Below are positions 36,985 to 48,800 of a stretch of 64,000 nucleotides of DNA, one piece after another. The stretch covers positions 434,001 through 498,000 of the forward strand of contig NW_020847344.1 in NCBI RefSeq assembly GCF_003704095.1, written 5' to 3'. The position numbers and the translations under genes were made by a program. Under the pieces are notes generated by a model. The model was not told where the DNA came from. It ran no database searches and worked only from the letters and a program-made list of their open reading frames with translations. The stretch is from Pocillopora damicornis (lineage: Eukaryota). How positions within the stretch are numbered: the first letter of the stretch is position 1; the number at the start of each line of letters is the position of its first letter.

Positions 36985-38213
36985 TTAGTCCCACTTGCTT
37001 TTCACACGTCCATGGTTATGTACCGATGTTGAAACTGTCTGTTTTTCTTCTCCAAAATTCATGTAACCCAGGAACAATACACAGCCAGCAAGTGCAACTG
37101 AACCTCCAATCATGATCACTTTGTTCTAGATTTAAGAATGAAGAAAATAAAATCATGCAATGCTTTCCTTCTAACAATGCTTCTATAAATAAAATGATAA
37201 TCATTTCTTGTTTCAAATAATCAATCCTCTATGTAAGGTACATAAGTACCTGACAGGAATATTCATTTTCTTTGATTTTAATGTCTATAATACTTAGGTT
37301 TCACAACTTTAAGAATGTTAGTAGTCATACATATTTATTGAAAAAAAAGATATATAGACAGGAAGTTAACACAACAAATGGTGATGCAAAATTTTATTGA
37401 ACATTACAGACATTAGCACTTGACAAAATTTTAGGCAAATTGAAGCAATGAGGCCTCTTTCTTACATTTCACTTTGTTTCCTCTGTGTTTACAGGTATCC
37501 TATCGCTAAATCAGCCTGAATGGTCGGCAAACCAGTTAACCCTTTAACTCCAAAGATCTGATTATTAACCCTTTACACACTAACATCTGTGTGTATATTC
37601 TCCATACTGTCATACATACATTTCCTAAGGTGCTGACAAAGAGAATCTGTTTAATAATCAAGAGCTTGTTAATTTATTTTTTTTATTTTTTCCTCACTCT
37701 CATGACCTTAATGAGTGATTTAGTGGTGATATTGTAAGGAGAAAATAGATGCTAGTCACTCTTAGGGGTTAAAGGGTTAATTCTTCCCTACAGCTGTGAC
37801 ACTTTTCATTGTAAAATAGTCACAGGGCTTTGGTGTTAGATCAAGATAACAACTTCAACCTTTAAGGAGAAGTTACACAATAATCACATCCGGGAGTTCA
37901 GATATGTAGCAATTATTGTAGGTGTTTGTTCACTGGGGAATTAGGAAGCTGCACGAGGAAGTGTGGAAGAGTGAATAGGGATGGTTTTCATAGAGCTTAA
38001 CGGATGAGTCATTATTTACTAACTTAATGAAATAGATAACATAAATCTAAGTCAGTCCGAGAGTGATCTCTGAAGTTTATTGCTTTACCATTGAATCAAA
38101 TAAAATGAGAATAAACCTAGGATACTCACAGGTTTGATAAATAACTCCGGATTGATCAATCGAAATGCAAGTGTGGATTGTCTTGCAGATTTCTTTTCTG
38201 TTGAAGACGCCAT
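36985..38213 (-). CDS. SMIM8: Small integral membrane protein 8 (C6orf162 family), 74 aa, two exons
   Basis: Exon 38213-38130 MASSTEKKSARQSTLAFRLINPELFIKP |gtgagt; exon 37125-36985 NKVIMIGGSVALAGCVLFLGYMNF...RVKSKWD*. The NPELFIKPNK motif, single TM helix and C-terminal SKWD are characteristic of SMIM8. Confidence 0.92.
37541..37900. mobile_element. Nested TTAA MITEs (inner element 37569-37776 inside an outer copy)
   Basis: Inner TTAA|cccttta...taaaggg|TTAA interrupts an outer element that aligns to 3440-3643. Confidence 0.75.
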
Positions 38214-38575
38214 CTTGTTTACAAATATACTTCTTGTGAGGAACTGGATACCAACATTAGTGTCCAGTTTCTTTGGATAGAATGGAACGCCTGATTGTTA
38301 TTGCATAGTGGCAAGTGGAGGGGAACTTTTATTCTAAAGCTTACCATCGTGGTTTAAATTAAATTCACAGGTTATAGGAATACTATACAGCTGCACACGA
38401 ATACGCAAAGCTTTAAAATTTTCCACTAAATAGAATTAAAAAGGATGCTTTAGAGTAAACTCGAGGCTCAACCAAGTGGCTTCCAGGTACTGTGGTCATG
38501 TCCTTTTCATCAAACTCAGTCGAAAAAAAAACAAAACGTCAACGAAACGCATATTTCAGCTTTGACGATGACGCC

Positions 38576-38648
38576 GTGGTGGTGACAGGGTGGTGGTGAC
38601 TGTTGGTGACAGAGGTGGTGACTGTTGGTGACAGAGGTGGTGACAGTG
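38576..38648 (+). repeat. ggtggtgactgttggtgacaga minisatellite, followed by (GACT)n at about 38698-38790
   Basis: Directly visible tandem units. Confidence 0.85.
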
Positions 38649-39851
38649 GACAGGCTCTCTCACCTTTTTTCTGTCCCCCTTACCCCCTTTATCCATTTGA
38701 CTGACTGACTACTGATTGACCGACTGACATAAGGACTAACTGACTGCCTGACGAATTAGTCACGGTTTGCCTGACGATCTGACTAACTAATTGACCGAAG
38801 TTGCACCGATAGGAATTTTTAACAGCTACAGATAATTCGTTTATAGATAAATAATCTATAAACGAACTGAAGCCTTTGCAATTTCATAGCCTGCACATAT
38901 GGTTGTTGTCGAATTTCAGTAAAGCTTTTTTTTATCGTCGCAAATAATTTCATTTCTGAGAACAAAGGAAACAAATCTTTGCGGAATCAATCAAATTGAC
39001 CAGACTGACTCACTAAAGAGTTGAATGTTCCTTCCATTTCTATCACTGTAATTCGTGATTGTAATGTTTAACGAGCGGCTTTTAACGTTGCCTCTAACTG
39101 AAGATACCTGTCACACTTGTCAGACCTGTCAGTTAATCCTCTCAATCCCGAGGTCCAATAGCCAATTCTCATCAATGTCACCATACATTTCTTATTCTCA
39201 CGATAACCCCTTATTGATGTTTCCTTTCTTCTCATCTCCTTCGGCCTTTGAAAGTGTATTGGTATTGTATGACTGAAAATTGTAGCGGAAAAGATGACCA
39301 CAGCTTACTTCCCCGGTTTCCCTGTAACTCACTTTATCTAGGTGACTGTAATTATATGTCATTACTGTTAATACATAGTACAGTGTGATTAAACTCGTTG
39401 ATTTCCGTCGAGAGCGCGAGATTGTTCTTTGTTCTATTTCCAGCCTTGTAAGCATTGCCGATTGTAAAATGCTTGAATACCTTTAGAATAAGTGACTCGC
39501 CTTCTTTAGGATACAGACGTTTATCTTCTCTGAGAATTGCAAAATTTATCTCGGACGTTTAGCCAATATTTATTCACGGAAATGCTTGCTTGTGGCTCCC
39601 AATATCTGGTTAGTAATGAGAAAAACCGTACGACTAACTACGACTTTTGTTTCTTCTTTCAAGACTCATCATCTGAAAACGGTAAAATGCATAATTTTCG
39701 TGTGTTCTTAATACATTCTTCTCATTCGTGAAAGGCATTGATTATCTGCTGTTTGTATCCAGTAACCTTTGACAAAATACAAAAATGTCGAGCGACTTTA
39801 TTAAACATATGAATCAATTCTTCATTTTACGTCATTTTGAGGTTTGTATTT

Positions 39852-42800
39852 CTACAGTCCATCCAGAAGTTGTCGTGCTTTTGGTCCAGCTTTACTGGCA
39901 AAGAAATAAGCTGGTTTTTCAAGTCCAAGACCATGGAGATATCGAGCATATTCCGTATAGACTGCGTGTACCAGGGCAGCTGATATCAGTGTGTTAAGGA
40001 CATATTCTAAGCAGTAAGATTTTGTTTTAACATGTCTCACGCCTTAAGCGAGACCTACAGGAGACAGAACGGCTGCCTCAAGTCTTCACAACCTATTATC
40101 CAAACCTTTTCCCTCATGCATAAACAGCAGAGTTTATATCGATTACCGTGACATAAATTACCATCCGTTCCGTTAAGTATCCGTTCTCCACCTGGTTGCG
40201 ACGCTAGTTAATCCCAGGTAATCAGCCCTTACCCCACCCCCCTGCAATTCCGTTTTGTAGCCTTTCCGAGTACTTTTGCAGAAGAGTTACTCTCAAAAGG
40301 CCAGAACACATTAATCCTGGCGAGCGCTAAAACATCGTCGAATTATGCAATCAAACCCTTTTTTTGAGAGCGCTCCGTCGAACAACGTATTTCAAGAGGA
40401 TACTGTTCTTTTCGTCTGATGGCGAAAGAAAGCCGTATTCTTGGCAGGCTTCGGCAAACATTGCTGCTCGGTCAAAGTAACGCATGCTGAAAATGAACAA
40501 AAATGTAATTTTGATGACTATTAAATACTTAAAAAACTCTGGAGTAAAACTTTCAGTTCTTGTTCATACCTATAGAGCATATCAAGCGCCTTGTAGAACT
40601 TTCCCAAGGACAGTAGCACCAAAACAGCTTTGCTCTGTTAGAGAAAGGGAATCAACAGAAACTTTGATTAAAACAAATAGCAAACTTGCCCTTGCAAAAA
40701 TTTGTCCATGAACAGTTTATTAGAGACAATTTCTCAGAGGCACCAGAGACTGTTCTTTGCAATAAGTTCTACAAAGTAAAGCTACTTCTTTAGGGAAAAG
40801 ATTACGATTACAATGGAAAAAAGGTCCAAAAAAATATTTGTAAAATACAACGGGTAAAACATGTAAATATCTTTCCTTACACTATTGGCCTAAACATGTC
40901 GCAAACTGGGGAATATCGTATGATCGCTCTCATTTTGATTCGCCATGTACCATTTTTAGGCTGTTTGCATGCTAGAGGAAAATATCTAGTTTGTCAATGA
41001 TATTTACGGGTGTCGCTAATTTAGTATTTGTTGTGATTTTCTTTGTTCTATCCTGACCTGTTGACTGGTGTGTGTACTGGAGAGATGTTCAATCCATCTT
41101 CTAACCACCTCTGCACAGTCTGGATAGCTCAGAGTTGCCTGCAATAACATGCACAATGGGACCTTGATTGAAAAACAAAAAAACCAAACCAAAACAAAAA
41201 AAAAACCCCAAAAAATCGAAAAAAAAAAAAACTGCAGTGCTAATCGAATATTTGCTGAAATCGCGAAAGTAATCCGAGATTACTTTGTCTTTGCTTCACC
41301 TCGCTCTGTGTTTGGTCCAGAAACTGGCGCCATCCTCTCAACCAATCAAACGTAAAAGGAGGACCAAACGTGGTTTGGTCACCCGCGTTTTCCCGCGCTT
41401 TTGTTAGTTTGTCCGTTTTTACTATGAGTTTTCCTTGGCTAATGTTGATGTTATCCTTCTTTATGATTATCCAATTTTTCGACAGTCAACTGCATGGTTC
41501 TCTTATACGAACAACATATATGCGTAAGAGAGGTATCGATACCTAAATCTTACTAATTTTATAACTCACCTTACAGTAAAGGTTATTACGATATAAATAA
41601 CAAACATTTTCGCATTTTGGTTGAGAGGATGGCGCGCGCTTCCCAGATGTAGTAACGTAAGACCAATGGAATCCCAGGCTGCAATCGACACTGATTAAAT
41701 ATGCCCTATTTTGCGGTTTTCCAAGAAAGGAAAAGTGGTGACTTAACAGAGAAACACTGAAGGAGAACAGGAAATTGTTCAGAGGGCGAAGATATTACCT
41801 TTGCTAGCCACGCAGCCCTATCCCATTCGCCATATGTCTGAAGATAACGGCAGGCATCCAGTCCCTTGTCAATCAAACAGAGGAGCTGAACTCCCTCTGT
41901 ACACAATAACAAAAAAAAGATTCATTATGAACCCGCTCAATATCGGCAGCTACGTTGCACATGCCCGTTAATTGCCACGATAATGCTCACCTGCAAGTTT
42001 ACCACTAGCGATGAGATTTGTGGCCACAAGTTTGATGGTGCTCTGTGAAGCACCCGACGAACGAATCGTGGCCACAAGACAGGCCCTATGGAGGAAAAGG
42101 ATGAGAGGTAATAAAAGGGAATAAAAGCGTAGGAACCTTTTGATCAAATGCCGTGAAACAAATTCAAAGTGGTCACAAAGGCCAATCAGAACTATGGTAA
42201 CACGATGAACCAATCAGAACTCAAAGGAAATGTATGTAAAAGGCCTAAAGCGCGGGAAAACGCTAGACTTAATTGTCGTGATTGGTTTAAGTTTTGCATC
42301 TAATTGGCTGAGAAGGTGGCGCGAGTTTTCTTGACCAATCAGAGCAAAGTACATCAAAACTAATGCAAATTCAGTGAACTTGCGACAAATAAATGTACTA
42401 TCACCGAACTCAGTCCCCGAGTCAAATTTTGTTACCAAGTAAATTTATTGAGCAAAAAATTGATGTTCAAGAATACCTTAGAGAGTCCACATAATAGTTA
42501 TCATTGGCGGAATCTGTCTCGAGGAACAACTGCACTGCTCTGTCTGCCTGTAACAAAATCGTGTAAAAAGTAAATAAATAAAAAAAATAATGTAGCGAAG
42601 TTAAGGCAATAATTGTATCATTAAGCCCTCCTTCCTGGCGAAAATCTCTTGGGGCTGACCACAGCCCAAACGTTCAAGGCTTGCCTATTACAAAGCGAAC
42701 TACAGGAAATGGACCTTACAGAATATGCCTGTTTTTTTTTTCACGTACAAAGGGGGAGAGCTGAGCTGTAAAGAAGAACTGAATTTACCATACTTTATCG

Positions 42801-45800
42801 AAATTGAAACTGTAACAATCTATAGATCAAGCTTTACTTGCCATTTTCATCAACAAAAACATAGTTTGATGAGTACACAAAATAAATCAAAAGTCAAACT
42901 GTGTTCGTACTTGTCCCAAGAGCACCAGAGTATCGGCACATTTTTTCGTATGTTCATATGTGGATCGTTTGCTGTCATGCAGAGCGAGTCGGTCCAACTG
43001 ACTCCTCTGAGAAAAGATCAAAAGATGCAATGGTTAAAAAACTGAATCATTACAAGGAAAAGCCATACCTAAAGTGAAGAGAAGTACTACATGACTTTGC
43101 GTACTCCTCTTTCCAAACAGAGTCACCAAAGAAATACTCGGAAGAATTTTAAGGATTTTTCTGTACAACTAGAAGACGCCTATGATTGTTTAAACTTCCC
43201 AAAGAGTCTTCCTGTTTTTTTCCGAAACGGAAAATGCAGCGCTTTTCTTTGTTGTTGATTTCTTAAATTTGGCTACTAGAATCCAAACAATATCTTTCAT
43301 GATTTAAAACCACTCTGGTGAAATTTTTACAAAACACAGAAACAAGCCTTTCCTTTTGAACTGGTCGTTCTGGAAGGTGGTTGGTGTGGGCTGATTGACT
43401 GCAGGCGCCATGAGTGACCGTGGTTTTCCAGTAAGTAGAGGGGAAAGGAGTAGAGTTACAGCCTTGTTGGAGCAGGTGTAAGGAAGCACATTGTTTATTT
43501 ACTTACTAAAGAGTCGACTCACCTGGAATGCATCAGTGTCACTAAGAATGTCATAACAAGTGTCGAGGGAGACTGGGTAGCAGCAACAGGTTTCGCTTCC
43601 ATTCGTACCAGTCTCCTCTTGGCCACACGAGTCTAGGTCATCGTCGATTGACAGCAAGTCCAGGCTCCTAGCACTAAAGCTCCGCCTGAGCTTAGCTGTA
43701 GCCTCGGACGGGTTGAAGAGATCAGCTGAGTATGATCGTGCACGATTGTACAAGGGCTGATGGTCACTCTGCAAGGTAAACAAAAATCAACAACTGTGAA
43801 CTCATAAGGACGTTTTTAAGCGCGGCCAGTCCTCTAATGAAGGCAGACATGGTAAGTGCATTATAATTTGGATTGGAGGTGTCTGGGTTTGAGCGATAGA
43901 GGTAGATCGGGAGGCGGGGTGGGGTGGGGGAGATACCGGCGATAAACTATTCTCTCAACCAGGAGGAGTAGTCAGAAAGTCGAGTCAGGTTATGGATCAG
44001 CACCTATGTACCACTAAACTCGTAAGACTATCCTCCCTCCTGACTGTTACACAACCTAAGTAGTTTTTTTCTGCTGAGGATAATGTTATTATTAGTTAAA
44101 TTAACTCGTACCTGATGCTTTGCACACAACAACCTGGCTTTTTCTCGTCTGAGGAAGTGAAGAGCAACTTCCCAAAAGGCTGTTTCGGATTCATCTCCAA
44201 ATAAACTAAAATGATAAATTATAAGGAGAGACTTAAGTCCAGCCGCAATTCACGCGCAAACGAGATTTGAAACTAACTCTTGGCAGTAAAGCTAATAACG
44301 TACAGAGAATAGCTCTCCTTGTTAATTCACTGATGATTACAGATTTAACAGCCGAAGTAATCCGTATATCAAATGGCGCAAACCCAAGAGTGTTGTAAAA
44401 CAGAACATACTAACTTGATTGAAGGATTGAATCTGACCCGAAGCTTTTTTATGAGACTGAACTTACAAAGCAGCAAGGTAGCACTTCTGTGCAGTCCCTA
44501 GAGTAGAATTCTGGAGCAGATTTTCAATGGCCCTGTACGAAAAAAAGAAATTTCCTATTACCAGAGTTTCAGCTTTATCGTCTGTTATATGTTCTGTATG
44601 GGAAAGAATGCAGTCATCGGGTAGCAACAGTTGTGAACTTCTCTCAGGAATCTCATGAGAACAGGCCGTGAAGTGCAATTTCCTCCCAAAGACAAAAACA
44701 TTCTTGTACTCACAATGGAATCATTTTCAGTTGATCTTGAATTGCACTGACAGATTCCTCTTTCTTGATTTCTCTAAACCGAGTAAAGAACACAAAGTAA
44801 ATACAAAGATGTTGAGAGACTTCAGCAATAGAACTGACAACAGGAAAAGCTTTACTTTCTACCCAACAATTGAGTGGAATTTGTCACCGTTTGTGCTTTC
44901 CTAATTTGTGATCCTTTTTGTGTTTATCACCAATAACATTAAAATCCCTCAAAATTTATATTTTAATAATTTCCTCCTTGTAATGGAAAGTACAGCTTAG
45001 TATCAATTAACAACTAGAAACCGAAGTGGAGGTGGTTAGTGGTGTTTATTTACCGAGCCACAAAACTAAAAACAGTGAGATAACATAGCACAAAAAGATG
45101 ACTTTAACTCATTTATTTCCTCAACGATTGCCAATTTTCGGGATCAAATCCTGCGCGCATCGCTAGGAGGTGAATAACAAAGGATATTCGGAGTTTTAGT
45201 AGCCAATCAAAACGCGCCTTCAACACTATCCAGTGTTTAAGTATAAGCTTAAAGTAGGATGTAGAATAATAGAGATAGTAAGTTTTGAGCTTGGTAAAGG
45301 AACAGAGAAACATGTTTTTCGTCTTGTCACGAGCGTGGGACAAAGAAAAAATTCTGAGTCTCCATGTGGAATCAAACCTCAGACCTTCGGATTTCCGTGC
45401 TCCGATGCTCTACTACTTTACCGAGCTCAAAACTTACCATCTCTTTCATTCTATACACAAAAATGATGCTATCGACATTGCCAATCTTAGTATGCAGGCC
45501 GCGTGTCATATGAACTTCGTAATAGGCCTCGCTCACCGTAGAGTATCTGTGGCTCAGTGGTAGAGCATCGGAGCGTGAAAATCCGAAGGTCTGAGATTCG
45601 ATTCCTCATGGGGATTCAATTTTTTCTTTGTCCTACGCTCGTGAAAAGACGAAAAACATCTTTCTCCAAACTAGGATACGTTCTACAAGCACTACCTCTA
45701 CACATAGCAAAACAAATAAATCTGAGCCTTACAAGTCTGAGATATCCGTAAGTGAGTATTTGTCCCTTCCAAGTGAGTGCTGTAAAATGGACTTCAGAAT

Positions 45801-48800
45801 GAGACTTGATTTTGGCTCCATGATGCGAGGACACCATAAAGGACCTTAATAACAACACAGCAAAGCCAATCATTGAACAGATCACAGTTTACACACAAAA
45901 TATGTTGCAGTGGGAGGGGTCAAACACAGGTACATACCATCAAGATCCATCTGAGCCATAGATGAGGTGGAGTTATTTAAATCCATGGTCATCACAAGGA
46001 TAGCTCCATTAGTGTGGGTGGTTATGGGTAGGTCTGATGCCAACCAGTCCAAGTCAATAAGTGGGGGAGATTCCTTTGGTAGCTTATAGCTACTGAAGAT
46101 CTCAAACTTAAGATGAAAAAAACCATAGTTATTACAGTTTAATTTTGTATTCCAACAAAATGTCACAAATCTTGAATTCACCACAGAATGCAAAAAATGA
46201 TTCCCAATACTTGCATATTGTTGACGTTAAATGCGTAAGGTGATGGAAAGCTATAAAAATGCCATTCTAAGGAACATGTTTCTGAGTAGATCTATATTAT
46301 TTACAATGTTCTGACAAAAAAACATAAATTACCTTTTGTAGGTCCCAAATATCAACTCCATCACTAAAGAGCACACCAAGTTTGAAGTTACCCCGCCCAG
46401 GAGCAAACTTTATTTTCTTTATGTGTCCTCTGTGCGTTGCAATAGATCTTGTAATGTAAAAACAGAGATCAAAATGGTTAGGAATTACTACCATTTCCCA
46501 CTAATTAATCCTGTGTTAGCTTGTTTTTTTGTTTTGTTTTTTTTTTTTCAGACTTACAGAACTTATGTTTTTACCTGGTTACTCTTGCCTTTAATTCCCA
46601 AATACTTAAATTGCCATCCACATCACTCAGCACCAAATAGTCACCTTTCCAAGCAACATAAGTTACAATTCCAAGGGTACTCTGTGGAAAGGTGGGAGAA
46701 ACACAATTTTCAGTGTTAAAACAAAAAATGAACTCAACAATAACAGTCAGAGAGGTTTCACTGAAAAAGTTCTAAATATTAAGTGGGTGGGGGGGGGGGA
46801 AATTTGCCATACCTTCTGTCACCTGTTCCTTACGTTCCCTCCCCAACAGTAACACAGGAGCATTGTCATGACAAGACAAAATAACTTTATTGCAACCTAA
46901 AAGTTTGACCATAAATTATTGAGTAACATACATCACACTGAACTTTGGAGCCATCTTTGATCACTGTTCCCTCTACAAGGAAATGATACAACACTCTGTC
47001 TTGATCCACACACACAAAGTGCTCTTTTATCCAGGACTGAGGGAAAAAAAAAACATTGAACAAAAAACATGTTTTTATGAGCAGTAAGTTCTTCTGGTGA
47101 ACCAAAAGACAGAAAAAACACTCCTTGGTGTTACTGATTGTAATTTGTAGCAGTATGCTTTCTAAGACTGCACTGAGATTTGATGGAACACATAATATGT
47201 ATATAGTCAAGATGTTTTGCGTGAAAATAAAAACCCAGCAGATAAGTCCAAGATTCTACACTTGAATTAATTAGGAAAGATTATCTATTGCAAAGAAACC
47301 AGTGAACAAGGTGTCTTTATTAGTGTAGAAGGACTTGCCTTTCTCCGCCTGCTGGATTATCTGGGGGGAGGTTGGGAAGAGGTTTGCCAAGAGTCCAGAC
47401 CCTTAACAGACCTTTTCTCTACTCACATTATTCAGGGCCTGGGGGTGAAGAGAAGTTAGAGCTCTAGTGCTTAATTAAGAGGGGGGCCTGCTCGTAGACT
47501 AATTGCAAAATGAAGATGATTTTTTCCTGTAATTCAAAGGACAAGGGAGGAGTCGTTGAAGGGAGTATTTTCACCTGTGTCTGTGTTTGGTTTGCCCTGC
47601 TTGGATCCAAAACATTTGCTGCAATGCCAGAAGCATTCTGCTCTAACTGCTGACTCAGTTTTTTCTTCAAGTGCTTGGAGTGAAGAGATGGTGACCATTC
47701 CTGGAGAGTTAAGGACAATTAAATTATAATTAACTATTGAAAACAACATCACTCAGTTTTAATGAAATGCATAGTTATATATCTACTCTACACTGTAATG
47801 ATAATGAAAAATAATGACTCTTTCAAAGCTTTCATTTGAATGGTTGCCTACTATAACACACATACCAAAGCTGTGACTGATGGAAAGTTTGATGGCATCT
47901 CTCTGAGTACTGTGAGATTTTTTAAATCCCATAATTGCAGTGGTCTGTCCTTAATCACAACAAGAAAATATTGCCTGCAAAATAAAAGGCAAATAATCTA
48001 ATAAAACTTAAAAGTTTGTAAAATAGGAAAAAGGATTCAATTAGGAGCTGCAGTTGAGACTGGGATCCCTGTGACAGTTAGTCTGTTTTTAACACTCATA
48101 CAAAATTGAAAGTAATTATTACCTGAGTTGAGAAACCTTGAGAGCCTCAACAGTTGATTCCTCTGCTGCTTTACCAAGTTCAATAGGTGTTGTTTGACCT
48201 GTTATTTTTTTCAACAATAAACAACAATATAATTATAATTGGTATGTGGAAATAAAAATCTTGGTCAAGCAAAATACAATTCAGAAGCACATTCCTAGAA
48301 CACTCAAATATATTGACATCCTACCAGTTTTTATGCTGACCAGTTGAAGCTCATTTTTGGATGTGCTCCCTGAGGCCTGGGCCCAGGAGAAAAAGCTCTC
48401 CAAACTACTCCATGTAATGCCTCTGTAATGGAAACAACAAATATCTTTTATTATTTTAATAAAAAATTCCCTATACATTAATCCTTTACACCCTCACATT
48501 AGAATGCATATTACTCTCCACATTGTTCTCTATAAATTTCCTAAGGTGTTGACAAGAAGAATTTGTTTTATAATAAAGAGTTTCTTAGGGTGGTGACCAC
48601 TTCCTAAATTCGCACAACTTTTGTGTTTGATTCAGCAGTGATACTGTTGGGAGAATTAGATAGCATCCAGTCTGGAGAGTCAGAGGGTTAATCAGTAATT
48701 CCCATTGAGCTTGTGTAATTTCCTAGGAACTGCAGCAGTAGACTTGTTTAAAACTAAGACATCACTTAACACTCCTAAAAAAAATATCACAACAGTTAGC

